NCBI GenBank assembly: GCA_964016885.1
Contig: OZ024752.1
Location: 7,998,001-8,062,000, forward strand
Origin: Eledone cirrhosa
Taxonomy: Eukaryota
Reading direction: 5' to 3'
Length of the DNA stretch: 64,000 bases
Shown here: positions 24,201 through 38,112 of the stretch, in pieces
Position numbering within the stretch: the stretch's first letter is position 1
Layout of the letters: every line of letters starts with the position of its first letter
The notes under the pieces: generated by a model
The model's input: only the letters and a program-made list of their open reading frames with translations
The model's database searches: none
What the model was told of the DNA's origin: nothing
Program-made: the position numbers and the translations under genes

Positions 24201-27200
24201 TTTGTGGGTAGTCAGTAGAGGGTTTGTGGGTAGTCAGTAGAGGGTTTGTAGGTAGTCAGTAGAGGGTTTGTGGGTAGTCAGTAGAGGGTTTGTAGGTAGT
24301 CAGTAGAGGGTTTGTGGGTAGTCAGTAGAGGGTTTGTAGGTAGTCAGTAGAGGGTTTGTAGGTAGTCAGTAGATGGTTTGTAGGTAGTCAGTAGAGGGTT
24401 TGTAGGTAGTCAGTAGAGGGTTTGTGGGTAGTCAGTAGAGGGTTTGTGGGTAGTCAGTAGAGGGTTTGTGGGTAGTCAGTAGAGGGTTTGTAGGTAGTCA
24501 GTAGAGGGTTTGTAGGTAGTCAGTAGAGGGTTTGTAGGTAGTCAGTAGAGGGTTTGTAGGTAGTCAGTAGAGGGTTTGTAGGTAGTCAGTAGAGGGTTTG
24601 TAGGTAGTCAGTAGAGGGTTTGTAGGTAGTCAGTAGAGGGTTTGTAGGTAGTCAGTAGAGGGTTTGTGGGTAGTCAGTAGAGGGTTTGTAGGTAGTCAGT
24701 AGAGGGTTTGTAGGTAGTCAGTAGAGGGTTTGTAGGTAGTCAGTAGAGGGTTTGTGGGTAGTCAGTAGAGGGTTTGTAGGTAGTCAGTAGAGGGTTTGTA
24801 GGTAGTCAGTAGAGGGTTTGTAGGTAGTCAGTAGAGGGTTTGTAGGTAGTCAGTAGATGGTTTGTAGGTAGTCAGTAGAGGGTTTGTGGGTAGTCAGTAG
24901 AGGGTTTGTGGGTAGTCAGTAGAGGGTTTGTGGGTAGTCAGTAGAGGGTTTGTGGGTAGTCAGTAGAGGGTTTGTAGGTAGTCAGTAGAGGGTTTGTGGG
25001 TAGTCAGTAGAGGGTTTGTGGGTAGTCAGTAGAGGGTTTGTGGGTAGTCAGTAGAGGGTTTGTAGGTAGTCAGTAGAGGGTTTGTGGGTAGTCAGTAGAG
25101 GGTTTGTAGGTAGTCAGTAGAGGGTTTGTGGGTAGTCAGTAGAGGGTTTGTAGGTAGTCAGTAGAGGGTTTGTAGGTAGTCAGTAGAGGGTTTGTGGGTA
25201 GTCAGTAGAGGGTTTGTGGGTAGTCAGTAGAGGGTTTGTGGGTAGTCAGTAGAGGGTTTGTAGGTAGTCAGTAGAGGGTTTGTGGGTAGTCAGTAGAGGG
25301 TTTGTAGGTAGTCAGTAGAGGGTTTGTGGGTAGTCAGTAGAGGGTTTGTAGGTAGTCAGTAGAGGGTTTGTAGGTAGTCAGTAGAGGGTTTGTAGGTAGT
25401 CAGTAGAGGGTTTGTAGGTAGTCAGTAGAGGGTTTGTGGGTAGTCAGTAGAGGGTTTGTGGGTAGTCAGTAGAGGGTTTGTGGGTAGTCAGTAGAGGGTT
25501 TGTAGGTAGTCAGTAGATGGTTTGTAGGTAGTCAGTAGAGGGTTTGTGGGTAGTCAGTAGAGGGTTTGTAGGTAGTCAGTAGAGGGTTTGTGGGTAGTCA
25601 GTAGAGGGTTTGTGGGTAGTCAGTAGAGGGTTTGTGGGTAGTCAGTAGAGGGTTTGTGGGTAGTCAGTAGAGGGTTTGTGGGTAGTCAGTAGAGGGTTTG
25701 TAGGTAGTCAGTAGATGGTTTGTAGGTAGTCAGTAGAGGGTTTGTGGGTAGTCAGTAGAGGGTTTGTGGGTAGTCAGTAGAGGGTTTGTAGGTAGTCAGT
25801 AGAGGGTTTGTGGGTAGTCAGTAGAGGGTTTGTGGGTAGTCAGTAGAGGGTTTGTGGGTAGTCAGTAGAGGGTTTGTGGGTAGTCAGTAGAGGGTTTGTA
25901 GGTAGTCAGTAGATGGTTTGTAGGTAGTCAGTAGAGGGTTTGTGGGTAGTCAGTAGAGGGTTTGTAGGTAGTCAGTAGAGGGTTTGTGGGTAGTCAGTAG
26001 AGGGTTTGTGGGTAGTCAGTAGAGGGTTTGTAGGTAGTCAGTAGATGGTTTGTAGGTAGTCAGTAGAGGGTTTGTGGGTAGTCAGTAGAGGGTTTGTGGG
26101 TAGTCAGTAGAGGGTTTGTAGGTAGTCAGTAGAGGGTTTGTGGGTAGTCAGTAGAGGGTTTGTAGGTAGTCAGTAGAGGGTTTGTGGGTAGTCAGTAGAG
26201 GGTTTGTAGGGTAGTCAGTAGAGGGTTTGTGGGTAGTCAGTAGAGGGTTTGTGGGTAGTCAGTAGAGGGTTTGTGGGTAGTCAGTAGAGGGTTTGTGGGT
26301 AGTCAGTAGAGGGTTTGTAGGTAGTCAGTAGAGGGTTTGTGGGTAGTCAGTAGAGGGTTTGTAGGGTAGTCAGTAGAGGGTTTGTAGGTAGTCAGTAGAG
26401 GGTTTGTGGGTAGTCAGTAGAGGGTTTGTGGGTAGTCAGTAGAGGGTTTGTAGGTAGTCAGTAGAGGGTTTGTGGGTAGTCAGTAGAGGGTTTGTAGGTA
26501 GTCAGTAGAGGGTTTGTAGGTAGTCAGTAGAGGGTTTGTGGGTAGTCAGTAGAGGGTTTGTGGGTAGTCAGTAGAGGGTTTGTGGGTAGTCAGTAGAGGG
26601 TTTGTAGGGTAGTCAGTAGAGGGTTTGTGGGTAGTCAGTAGAGGGTTTGTAGGTAGTCAGTAGAGGGTTTGTGGGTAGTCAGTAGAGGGTTTGTAGGTAG
26701 TCAGTAGAGGGTTTGTAGGTAGTCAGTAGAGGGTTTGTAGGTAGTCAGTAGAGGGTTTGTAGGTAGTCAGTAGAGGGTTTGTGGGTAGTCAGTAGAGGGT
26801 TTGTGGGTAGTCAGTAGAGGGTTTGTGGGTAGTCAGTAGAGGGTTTGTAGGTAGTCAGTAGAGGGTTTGTAGGTAGTCAGTAGAGGGTTTGTGGGTAGTC
26901 AGTAGAGGGTTTGTGGGTAGTCAGTAGAGGGTTTGTAGGTAGTCAGTAGAGGGTTTGTGGGTAGTCAGTAGAGGGTTTGTGGGTAGTCAGTAGAGGGTTT
27001 GTGGGTAGTCAGTAGAGGGTTTGTGGGTAGTCAGTAGAGGGTTTGTAGGTAGTCAGTAGAGGGTTTGTAGGGTAGTCAGTAGAGGGTTTGTGGGTAGTCA
27101 GTAGAGGGTTTGTAGGTAGTCAGTAGAGGGTTTGTGGGTAGTCAGTAGAGGGTTTGTGGGTAGTCAGTAGAGGGTTTGTAGGTAGTCAGTAGAGGGTTTG

Positions 27201-28427
27201 TAGGTAGTCAGTAGAGGGTTTGTGGGTAGTCAGTAGAGGGTTTGTGGGTAGTCAGTAGAGGGTTTGTGGGTAGTCAGTAGAGGGTTTGTAGGTAGTCAGT
27301 AGAGGGTTTGTGGGTAGTCAGTAGAGGGTTTGTGGGTAGTCAGTAGAGGGTTTGTGGGTAGTCAGTAGAGGGTTTGTGGGTAGTCAGTAGAGGGTTTGTG
27401 GGTAGTCAGTAGAGGGTTTGTGGGTAGTCAGTAGAGGGTTTGTAGGTAGTCAGTAGAGGGTTTGTGGGTAGTCAGTAGAGGGTTTGTGGGTAGTCAGTAG
27501 AGGGTTTGTAGGTAGTCAGTAGAGGGTTTGTAGGTAGTCAGTAGAGGGTTTGTAGGTAGTCAGTAGAGGGTTTGTGGGTAGTCAGTAGAGGGTTTGTGGG
27601 TAGTCAGTAGAGGGTTTGTGGGTAGTCAGTAGAGGGTTTGTGGGTAGTCAGTAGAGGGTTTGTAGGGTAGTCAGTAGAGGGTTTGTGGGTAGTCAGTAGA
27701 GGGTTTGTGGGTAGTCAGTAGAGGGTTTGTAGGTAGTCAGTAGAGGGTTTGTGGGTAGTCAGTAGAGGGTTTGTGGGTAGTCAGTAGAGGGTTTGTGGGT
27801 AGTCAGTAGAGGGTTTGTGGGTAGTCAGTAGAGGGTTTGTGGGTAGTCAGTAGAGGGTTTGTGGGTAGTCAGTAGAGGGTTTGTGGGTAGTCAGTAGAGG
27901 GTTTGTGAGGTAGTCAGTAGAGGGTTTGTGGGTAGTCAGTAGAGGGTTTGTGGGTAGTCAGTAGAGGGTTTGTGGGTAGTCAGTAGAGGGTTTGTGGGTA
28001 GTCAGTAGAGGGTTTGTGGTAGTCAGTAGAGGGTTTGTGGGTAGTCAGTAGAGGGTTTGTGGGTAGTCAGTAGAGGGTTTGTGGGTAGTCAGTAGAGGGT
28101 TTGTAGGGTAGTCAGTAGAGGGTTTGTGGGTAGTCAGTAGAGGGTTTGTGGGTAGTCAGTAGAGGGTTTGTGGGTAGTCAGTAGAGGGTTTGTGGGTAGT
28201 CAGTAGAGGGTTTGTGGTAGTCAGTAGATGGTTTGTAGGTAGTCAGTAGAGGGTTTGTGGGTAGTCAGTAGAGGGTTTGTGGGTAGTCAGTAGAGGGTTT
28301 GTAGGTAGTCAGTAGAGGGTTTGTAGGTAGTCAGTAGAGGGTTTGTAGGTAGTCAGTAGAGGGTTTGTGGGTAGTCAGTAGAGGGTTTGTAGGTAGTCAG
28401 TAGAGGGTTTGTGGGTAGTCAGTAGAG
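18251..28427. repeat. Satellite, 22-bp unit GTAGAGGGTTTGT(A/G)GGTAGTCA, about 460 copies, truncated by the assembly gap
   Basis: Direct periodicity; strongly G/T-skewed strand. Confidence 0.99.
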
Positions 28428-28627
28428 NNNNNNNNNNNNNNNNNNNNNNNNNNNNNNNNNNNNNNNNNNNNNNNNNNNNNNNNNNNNNNNNNNNNNNNNN
28501 NNNNNNNNNNNNNNNNNNNNNNNNNNNNNNNNNNNNNNNNNNNNNNNNNNNNNNNNNNNNNNNNNNNNNNNNNNNNNNNNNNNNNNNNNNNNNNNNNNNN
28601 NNNNNNNNNNNNNNNNNNNNNNNNNNN
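28428..28627. other. Assembly gap (200 N)
   Basis: Run of N. Confidence 1.
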
Positions 28628-28698
28628 CAATATATATACATATATATATAATATATATACATATATATATACAATATATATACATATATATATATACA

Positions 28699-28730
<32 letters not shown>

Positions 28731-28795
28731 TATATATAATATATATATATATACAATATATATATACTATATATATATACTATATATATATATAA

Positions 28796-28938
28796 CGAAG
28801 GAAATGTGGTAAGGAACCAGATGGACCATAACGCACCAGAGTACTCAATACTTAGGGTAGTAGAGTGGGAAAAAGTATGACCCCGACGACAATCTCAGTC
28901 AAGAAATAGAGCTCTGCCGTAGGGGTTATAATTTTTCC
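28796..28938 (+). mobile_element. Short dispersed element in (TA)n, putative Penelope-like terminal-repeat relic with a degenerate hammerhead motif
   Basis: Homologous to the reverse complement of 51775-51968 (GTGGTAAG.AACCAG.TGG.CCAT.ACGCACCAGAGTACTC.ATACTTA..TAGTAGAGTGGG). Confidence 0.55.
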
Positions 28939-30055
28939 TATATACTATATATATATTCTATATATATATACAATATATATATATATATATTGTATATATA
29001 CAATATATATATATATATACAATATATATATATATATATATACAATATATATTATATATACATATATATATATATACTATATATACATATATATATATAT
29101 TATATATACATATATATACTATTTAAATATATATATAATATATATAGTATATATGTAATATATATACAATATATATATAACGTATATACAATATATATAT
29201 AATATATATATATATACTATATTTATATATACTATATATATATACTATATGTATATATATACTATATATATATATACTATATATATATATACATACTATA
29301 TATACATATATACTATATATATACAATATATATATATATACACAATATATATTATATATATATATACTATATATATATAATATATAATCTCTCTATATAT
29401 ATAATATATATACAATATATATATAATATATATACAATATATATATAATATATATACTATATATATATATACAATATATATATAATATATATACTATATA
29501 TATATATACAATATATATATAATATATATACTATATATATATATACAATATATATATAATATATATGTCCCTCCCACCGCACTCGGCTGTCTTCTAGTCC
29601 AGCAGTCGCAAGCGGTGGGAGGGACCGTCCTAACGAAGGCCAGTTAACCCTGAAATGCATAAACGGTTGTCCCCCTTGCTTCTGCTGGACATCACCAGAG
29701 GGCGTAAGCCCCCCCCCCCCCCCCCCCGGTGTTTGCATAGCTACGGCTTCCTCAAACCGTATTTCCTTGGAGATACGAACTATTTATACATATTGTATAA
29801 AGCTATGCTTGAAGCGAAATCCTATTCCTTTTATATATATATACAATATATATATATATATACAATATATATACATATATATATATATACAATATATATA
29901 TATATATACAATATATATACATATATATATATATACAATATATATATATATATACAATATATATACATATATATATATATATATACAATATATATACATA
30001 TATATATATACAATATATATATACATATCCAATATATATACATATATAAATATAC

Positions 30056-30102
<47 letters not shown>

Positions 30103-30112
30103 ATATATATAT

Positions 30113-30145
<33 letters not shown>

Positions 30146-30606
30146 ATATATATATAATATATATATAAAATATATATATATATATATAAACGTTTGAATA
30201 TGTGTAATAAGGCCAAAACAATGCAGGTATGGACATAGACTAGAGATTTAAGACGCTGGTTTGAGACCTTTATTTCCCTCCGAAGAAGAGATATTATCTC
30301 GAAAATTAAGGACATTTAAATATATTCAAGGTGAAAGACGAATTCTCAACAATATCTTTTACTATTGCATTCTTTTTTCTATGTCCATACCTGCATTGTT
30401 TTGGCCTTATTACACATATTCAAACGTTTATACCTCATTACACAATGCTTCAAGTGAACTATAACCTCCTCCCATATATATATATATATATAATATATAT
30501 ACAATATATATATATAATATATATATATATATATAATATATATATATATATATAATATATATACAATATATACAATATATATATATATACAATATATATA
30601 TATAAT

Positions 30607-30752
30607 GGAGGCACATGGCTTAGAGGTTAGAGCATTGGCCTTGCAATCGAAAGGTTGTGAGTTCAATTCTCAGCCCGAGTGATGTGTTGTTTCCTTGAGC
30701 AAGACACTGTATTTCATGTTGCTCCAGTTTACTCAGCTGTAGAAATGAGATG
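30607..30752 (+). mobile_element. tRNA-derived SINE family B, 5' part
   Basis: A-box TGGCTTAGAGG, B-box GAGTTCAATTC, CCTTGAGCAAGACACT core; near-identical to the head of 51981-52289. Confidence 0.88.
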
Positions 30753-30868
30753 ATATATATATACTATATAAATATATATATACATATACAATATATATAT
30801 AGACTATATATATATATATATATACTATATATGTACTATATATATATTTATAATATATATATATAATA

Positions 30869-31405
30869 TCATCATCATCATCATCATCAACGTTTAACGT
30901 CCGTGTTCCACGCTTGCATGGGTTTGGACGGGGGTAGTCCCACTTGAGGCAAGAGTGATTGTCTTGCTCGCATAGGACTGTCTGGCAGGTTTTCTACAGT
31001 TGGATGCCCTTCCTAACACCAACCACATTTACAGTGTGGGGCTGGGAGGTTTTTACTGTGTTGCCTACACGGCCACATTACAGCGTGGACTGTGTGTTTT
31101 TTTGTCGTGACACCTACACGATCTCATTTGTTTCGGCCTGGATGTTGTGGCACCAACATAACTTTACATTGAAAGGGGCGGTGTGGATGGGGTGGGGGTG
31201 GTGGTGGTGGGACGGGGGTGTATTTTGTTAGAGATGCCTACTGGCTGGAGTAGGTTTTACTATATATTTAGGTAAGGCGGGTCTTCTCTGTTACTGAGTA
31301 CCGCCAAAGGTCTCGGTCCAGTGACATTGTCTTGGAGAGGTGTAAGTGTGTGATGTCGGAATTTATCAGCTCGTCCCATGTTTTTCTAGGTCTGCCTATT
31401 CCGTG
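30869..31405 (-). mobile_element. RTE LINE 3' end (ORF end, long 3' UTR, (GAT)n tail)
   Basis: GIGRPRKTWDELINSDITHLHLSKTMSLDRDLWRYSV; same architecture as 54771-55230. Confidence 0.82.
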
Positions 31406-31734
31406 ACATATATACATATTATATATATATATATATTATATATATATATATATATTATATATATATATATATATTATATACATAGACTATATATGTACTA
31501 TATATATATTTATAATATATATATATATATAATATATATATATATATTATATATAGACTATATATGTACTATATATATATTTATAATATATATATATATA
31601 TATAATATATATATATTATATATAGACTATATATGTATATATATATCGACAGTCAATCGACTTTCGTCAAATCAGACCGAGGAAACAATGTTTCCGTTGG
31701 TCTTTCCAATTGCTAGTACTCTCTATCGGTCGCA

Positions 31735-31856
31735 ACTGCAGGTAGAAGGAGCAACGTGAAATAAAGTGTCTTGCTCAAGGACATAACGCATCGCCCGGTC
31801 CGGGAATCGAACTCACCTCACGATTAGGAATCTCTTACTCGGCCACACGCCTTCAC
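31735..31856 (-). mobile_element. tRNA-derived SINE head fragment
   Basis: Reverse strand GGCGTGTGGCCGAGT...GAGTTCGATTCCCGGACCGG...CCTTGAGCAAGACACT. Confidence 0.75.
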
Positions 31857-32313
31857 TATATACTATATATATATATACTATATATATAATATATATACAA
31901 TTTATATATATATATTATATATATATATACAATATATATATATATATATACAATATATACTATATATATATATATAATATATATAGATATACAATATATA
32001 TATATACACAATATGTATATATATATATAATATATATATACAATATATATATATATAATATATATAATATATATATATAATATATATAATATATATATAC
32101 AATATATATATATATATATATATATACAATATATATATATAATATATATATATACAATATATATATATATAATATATATATAATATATATTATATATATA
32201 ATATATATTATATATATAATATATATATATATAATATAATTTTTTTTTCTAGTGTGGGTAAAATTCCCGAGATCCATGTACGTGTTCTCTCCAGCGGTCT
32301 CTGTCCCTCATAT

Positions 32314-32344
<31 letters not shown>

Positions 32345-32829
32345 TAATATATATATCTATATAATATCTATATAATATATATATCTATATAATATATATA
32401 TCTATATAATATATATATATCTATATAATATATATATCTATATAATATATATATATATATCTATATAATATATATATATATATAATATATATATCTATAT
32501 AATATATATATCTATATAATATATATAATATATATATCTATATAATATATATATAATATATATATATATCTATATAATATATATATCTATATAATATATA
32601 TATCTATATAATATATATATATATATAATATATATATTATATATTATATATATAATATATATATCTATATAATATATATATATATATAATATATATAATA
32701 TATATATTATATATATATATATATTATATATATATATATATATTTTTTTTTCTTTTTTCTGTATTGCTTGTTATGTTGTTTGATGTATTTATGTTTTTCT
32801 AAATAAATGAGACAAAATCTATAGTTGGT

Positions 32830-32988
32830 TATCTCGTTAACTAAATTATCTTGAACTTGTATTATCTCGTTAACTAAATTATCTTGAACTTGTATTATCT
32901 CGTTAACTAAATTATCTTGAACTTGTATTATCTCGTTAACTAAATTATCTTGAACTTGTATTATCTCGTTAACTAAATTATCTTGAAC
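32830..32988. repeat. Minisatellite, 33-bp unit, about 5 copies
   Basis: TATCTCGTTAACTAAATTATCTTGAACTTGTAT. Confidence 0.95.
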
Positions 32989-33431
32989 CCTGTGAAACCC
33001 TTCTGTTTATATTACAATAACGTGTTTTAATGTGTTTATATTCATCAACATTTAATGTAAGTTATATTTCTCTCTACCATTGAGGTAAACGACCTCTGAG
33101 ACTGGTATGAAGGGCTCATAGCTACATGACCCCTGACAATGTTACTGAGGTCTCAGCTAGAATTGTATTCTCTGTAGCAGCTGTACCCCCAAAAAACCTT
33201 TCCTGCAGATGAAACAACCTTGGCCTTCGTTGGAGAGCCCTTGTGTATAGCGGTTACACTACAACATTAGTGACCCCTGATGTGGTTAAAAAGTGGAGCT
33301 GCTTTAGGAGGCATTGAGGATGGGGTAACATTTGGTAATGCAGGAACAGCATGCACCGTGGTTCTAGTACCACCAGGTACTATGTACATAGCCAGGAATA
33401 GAAACACCTGATATCAGAGAAGATATCAGGT

Positions 33432-34200
33432 ATGACAGTGTGTCACAGGGTTAACAGTCTGACACAGGGTTAACAGTCTGTCACAGGGTTAAAAGTATGT
33501 CACAGGGCTAACTGTCTGTCATAGGGTTCACAGTCTGTCATAGGGTTGCTGTCTGTCACAGGGTTAACAGTCTGGCACTGGGTTATCTGTCTGTCACAGG
33601 GTTAACTGTCTCTCACTGGGTTAACAGTCTGACACAGGGTTAACTGTCTGTCACAGGGTTAACAGTCTGGCACAAGGTTAACTGTCTCTCACTGGGTTAA
33701 CAGTCTGGCACAGGGTTAACTGTCTGTCACAGGGTTAACTGTCTGTCACAGGGTTAACCGTCTCTCACAGGGTTAACTGTCAGTCTGTCACAGAGTTAAC
33801 TGTCGGTCACAGGGTTAACTGTCTGTTACAGGATTAACAGTCTGTCCCAGGATTAACTGTATGTCACAGAGTTAACTGTCTGTCACAGGGTTAACAGTCT
33901 CTCACAGGGTTAACAGTTTGTCACGGGGTTAACTGTCTTTCACAGGGTTAATAGTCTGTCACAGGGTTAACAGTCCCTCAGAGTTAACAGTCTGTCACAG
34001 AGTTAACTGACTGTCACAGGGTTAACAGTCTCTCACAGGGTTAACAGTCCCTCAGAGTTAACAGTCTGTCACAGAGTTAACTGTCTCTCACAGGGTTAAC
34101 AGTCTGTCGCAGAGTTAACTGTCTGTCACAGCGTTAACATTGTCATAGTTAACAGTCTGTCACAGGGTTAACTGTCAATCTGTCACAGAGTTAGCTGTCT
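33432..34200. repeat. Diverged minisatellite, 19-bp unit GTCTGTCACAGGGTTAAC(A/T), about 40 copies
   Basis: Direct. Confidence 0.93.
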
Positions 34201-34757
34201 GAGTGGACTTAAGTAACATGAAATGAAGAATCTTGTTCAAGACAGAAATCTCCTGGCATAATATTCACCCCAACACCCTGACATCAAGCTGCCCACTCTT
34301 GGTTAACTGAAACAACAAAATATATTCTTATCAACATTTCACTCTTTTATTCCTCAAATTTCTTCCAAAAATGTATTTTATATCCAAATTTCTGTAAAAT
34401 GTGTCAAGTCTACAGACTTGAATGAAAAGAACACTGATGAAACTCCTCCGAAACAGGTACACCATATCCTTGTATGTCATAAAAGGTGATTATAAGGGTT
34501 GCTGTCAGGAAGAGTATCTGGCTGTAAAACATTGTCCCAAGAAGGGCGTTATCAAAAGTATGAAGCATGTCATGGGGCTTGCAAGGCTAACCCCTGCTTT
34601 AGCAGGGGTTAGCCTTGATGTGTTTGGTGAGGTAACATGCAATTTCACATTGCAGTTATAGCTGAGGTCACCAGTTATAGCTATAGTAGAGATCACCAGT
34701 TTATATTGGTGACATAACTGTCTTCTCACAAAATCTATAGAATATGTTCAATATTAA

Positions 34758-35329
34758 CCCTTTAGCATTTAAACTAGTCTTATCTGGCCAGAATTCTCCA
34801 ACTGGCTATAACCGGCTTCTCACACTGATGTTCAGGAGTTGTTCTCAAAAATAAATAACAAAATCTCGTAGATTCAATATTGTGAAATAAAGTGTTAACC
34901 ATGAAAATACAATATATATAGAGTAATGTAAATGTTATGTGAGGTAAAGCCTTTACTGTGAAAATACAATAGTATATATAGAGTTATGTGAGATATTGTG
35001 AGGTAAAGCCTTTACTGTGAAAATACAATAGTATATATATAATGTAAATGTTATGTGAGATATTATGTGAGGTAACGCCTTTACTGTGAAAATACAATAG
35101 TATATATATAATGTAAATGTTGTGAGATATTATGTGAGGTAACGCCTTTACTGTGAAAATACAATAGTATATATAGAGTAATTTAAATGTTATGTGAGGT
35201 AAAGCCTTTACTGTGAAAATACTATAGTATATATAGAGTAATGTAAATGTTATGTGAGATATTATGTGACGTAAAGCCTTTACTGTGAAAATACAATAGT
35301 ATATATAGAGTAATGTAAATGTTAAAGGG
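34758..35329 (+). mobile_element. piggyBac-type MITE with internal tandem expansion
   Basis: TTAA|CCCTTTAGCATTTA ... TAAATGTTAAAGGG|TTAA. Confidence 0.88.
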
Positions 35330-37077
35330 TTAAACATGAAGTGAAATACATAACAGGTGTTTTGACCCTTTTTACAATAAACTGCCCGTTCTAGGATATA
35401 AAACTGCCTGTTTTAGAGAGATTATATTTATCTGAAGGCTTTCCATTATAATTTAATATAAGCACTTTTGCTACAAAGACAGTTCAAAACCCTAGGCAAC
35501 ATGTTTCAACAGAAATATGATAATGAAAAGGTTAAGGTGATTGTCATTGATAAAATAGGGGTTAGCCTTGTGATCTCCAAAGACCTTTTTAAGGCTGTGT
35601 TTTACAGTAAGATACCCTTCCTGGCACCAACCGCTATCTGAAATGAAATAAAAGCAACAAATACATCGGAACATTTTAAACATATTTATTTGATATATTT
35701 TTTGTTTTGTAACTCTATACACATCATGGCTTAATATATATATTTCCAACATCTCTTCTTCAGACTATCACATAGCTCACAACACCTCTTCACACTATCA
35801 CATAACTCAGCCCACCTCACAACACTTCACACTATCACATAGCTCAGCCCACCTCACAAAATTCATTCATTAAACACACCTGCACACACATACACAAATA
35901 TACACACGTACAAACACAAATATACATACATACAAACACACCACTTCCATTAGTTATTGTAAGAGATAAAATGAAACCAGTTCAGGATGAATCGACTGTA
36001 CTAGACATTTAAATTAAATTAAAAAAAAAACCCAAAAAAACAATACGTTTTCTCTCATTAATTAAAAAATAAAAAATAAAATCATATTTTAAAAGATATT
36101 TTTTCGTTTCTTCAAAATAATACCAGAAAAATTTGCTGTAATTTCAAAGTTATGTCTTTTCAGGTATATTTAAAAAAATTTATATAGAAATGAGAAATGT
36201 GTCTGTGCTGATTTAGAAAAAAAAAAAAACAATAAAAAAAAAGAAAAGAAAAATAATAAAAGAGCGCAGGTCTTAAATTTTTTTATAAGTAAACACTAAA
36301 TTACTGTAAAAATAAATTTTTAAAATGCCATATATACTTGTGTATAAGTCAAACTTTTAGGCCAATTATTACACTGATACTAAATTTGATGAGCTGAAAT
36401 CAGTAGCAAAATGGTCTCTTGAATGAATGAACAATGAATTTTACCTCCTATAACAAACAATATCCCTCTGTCAACAATCGTTAATATTTCACCTGAATGA
36501 TATTTTAGTATATATGGTAATTAATTGATGTTATGTTGAGTCTTGTTTTAATCTCCAGTGATCCACTACTGTTGATCTTCAGTGATCCACTACTATTGAT
36601 CTTCTCTTCACTGATCCACTACTGTTAACATACAAGATTTCTATAACATAGCAACCCACCTGTTTTTCAATGAAACAAAACCACTCTTTTTTAAAGAATT
36701 CCTATTTAAATTGAAACTTACCAACATGAGGATCTTTCATGTTACAAATACCATCTTAAATAACAATGAATTTGATTATTTCCTCATGATTAATTAAAAT
36801 AGCTTTAATATTAGAAATATGGTTAAGAGTCAAGATACTCAACTGACCAATTTTTAAAAGGAAATTCAATATCGTCAAGAATTTGAGGTGGGGGAACCAA
36901 TGACTTTATCTAAAATGGTAAACATTAAAGTGAATTCTTAGCTAATTATGGGTGAGATATTAAATACTATTTTCAAGGGACAGAAATTGAAATTGGAATC
37001 AAAAATACTCTATCAATAAACAGAAACACAGATGGAATCTAAATGAAGAAAAAAATAAAAGTAATGAATTTATAGAT

Positions 37078-38050
37078 GTTAATACCAGTGTTACTACAGT
37101 ACAACACACCATGTAGTATTAATACCAATGTTACTACAGTACAACACACCATGTAGTATTAACACCAATGTTACTACAGTACAACACACCATGTAGTATT
37201 AATACCAATGTTACTACAGTACAACACACCATGTAGTATTAATACCAATGTTACTACAGTACAACACACCATGTAGTAGTAATACCAATGTTACTACAGT
37301 ACAACACACCATGTAGTAGTAGTACCAATGTTACTACAGTACAACATACTTCATACCAACACACCATGTAGTATTAACACCAATGTTACTACAGTACAAC
37401 ACACCATGTAGTATTAATACCAATGTTACTACAGTACAACACACCATGTAGTAGTAGTACCAATGTTACTACAGTACAACACACCATGTAGTAGTAGTAC
37501 CAATGTTACTACAGTACAACATACTTCATACCAACACACCATGTAGTATTAATACCAATGTTACTACAGTACAACACACCATGTAGTAGTAGTACCAATG
37601 TTACTACAGTACAACACACCATGTAGTATTAATACCAATGTTACTACAGTACAACACACCATGTAGTATTAATACCAATGTTACTACAGTACAACACACC
37701 ATGTAGTAGTAATACCAATGTTACTACAGTACAACACACCATGTAGTAGTAGTAGTACCAATGTTACTACAGTACAACACACCATGTAGTAGTAATACCA
37801 ATGTTACTACAGTACAACATACTTCATACCAACACACCATGTAGTATTAATACCAATGTTACTACAGTACAACACACCATGTAGTAGTAGTACCAATGTT
37901 ACTACAGTACAACATACTTCATACCAACACACCATGTAGTATTAATACCAATGTTACAGTACACAACACACTTCATACTAACACCATATAGTAGTAATAC
38001 CAATGTTACTACAGTACATAACACACCAGGTCATGTAGTAGTAATAACAA
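37078..38050. repeat. Minisatellite, 40-bp unit AATACCAATGTTACTACAGTACAACACACCATGTAGTATT, with 55-bp variants
   Basis: Direct. Confidence 0.96.
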
Positions 38051-38112
38051 TGCCACTTGTTCTTTTACTCCATTACACTCAGCAGACTAACTAAATATAA
38101 AGCTCTTAGCTA

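Larger units (their letters stand above)
28628..32745. repeat. Large degenerate (TA)n field with embedded short unique or TE islands
   Basis: Direct; islands at 28796, 29567, 30185, 30607, 30869, 31648 and 32250. Confidence 0.95.

Noticed and set aside
18251-28427. Telomeric repeat
   Set aside because: The unit is 22 bp with no TTAGGG tracts, and sequence continues beyond the gap
30607-30680. tRNA gene
   Set aside because: The A/B boxes belong to a SINE head with several copies in the window; no complete cloverleaf
28375-32277. Many YI-rich ORFs
   Set aside because: Translations of (TA)n microsatellite or the N gap
33080-33430. Higher-GC unique stretch, possibly an old retroelement UTR
   Set aside because: No ORF, motif or second copy in the window to support a call
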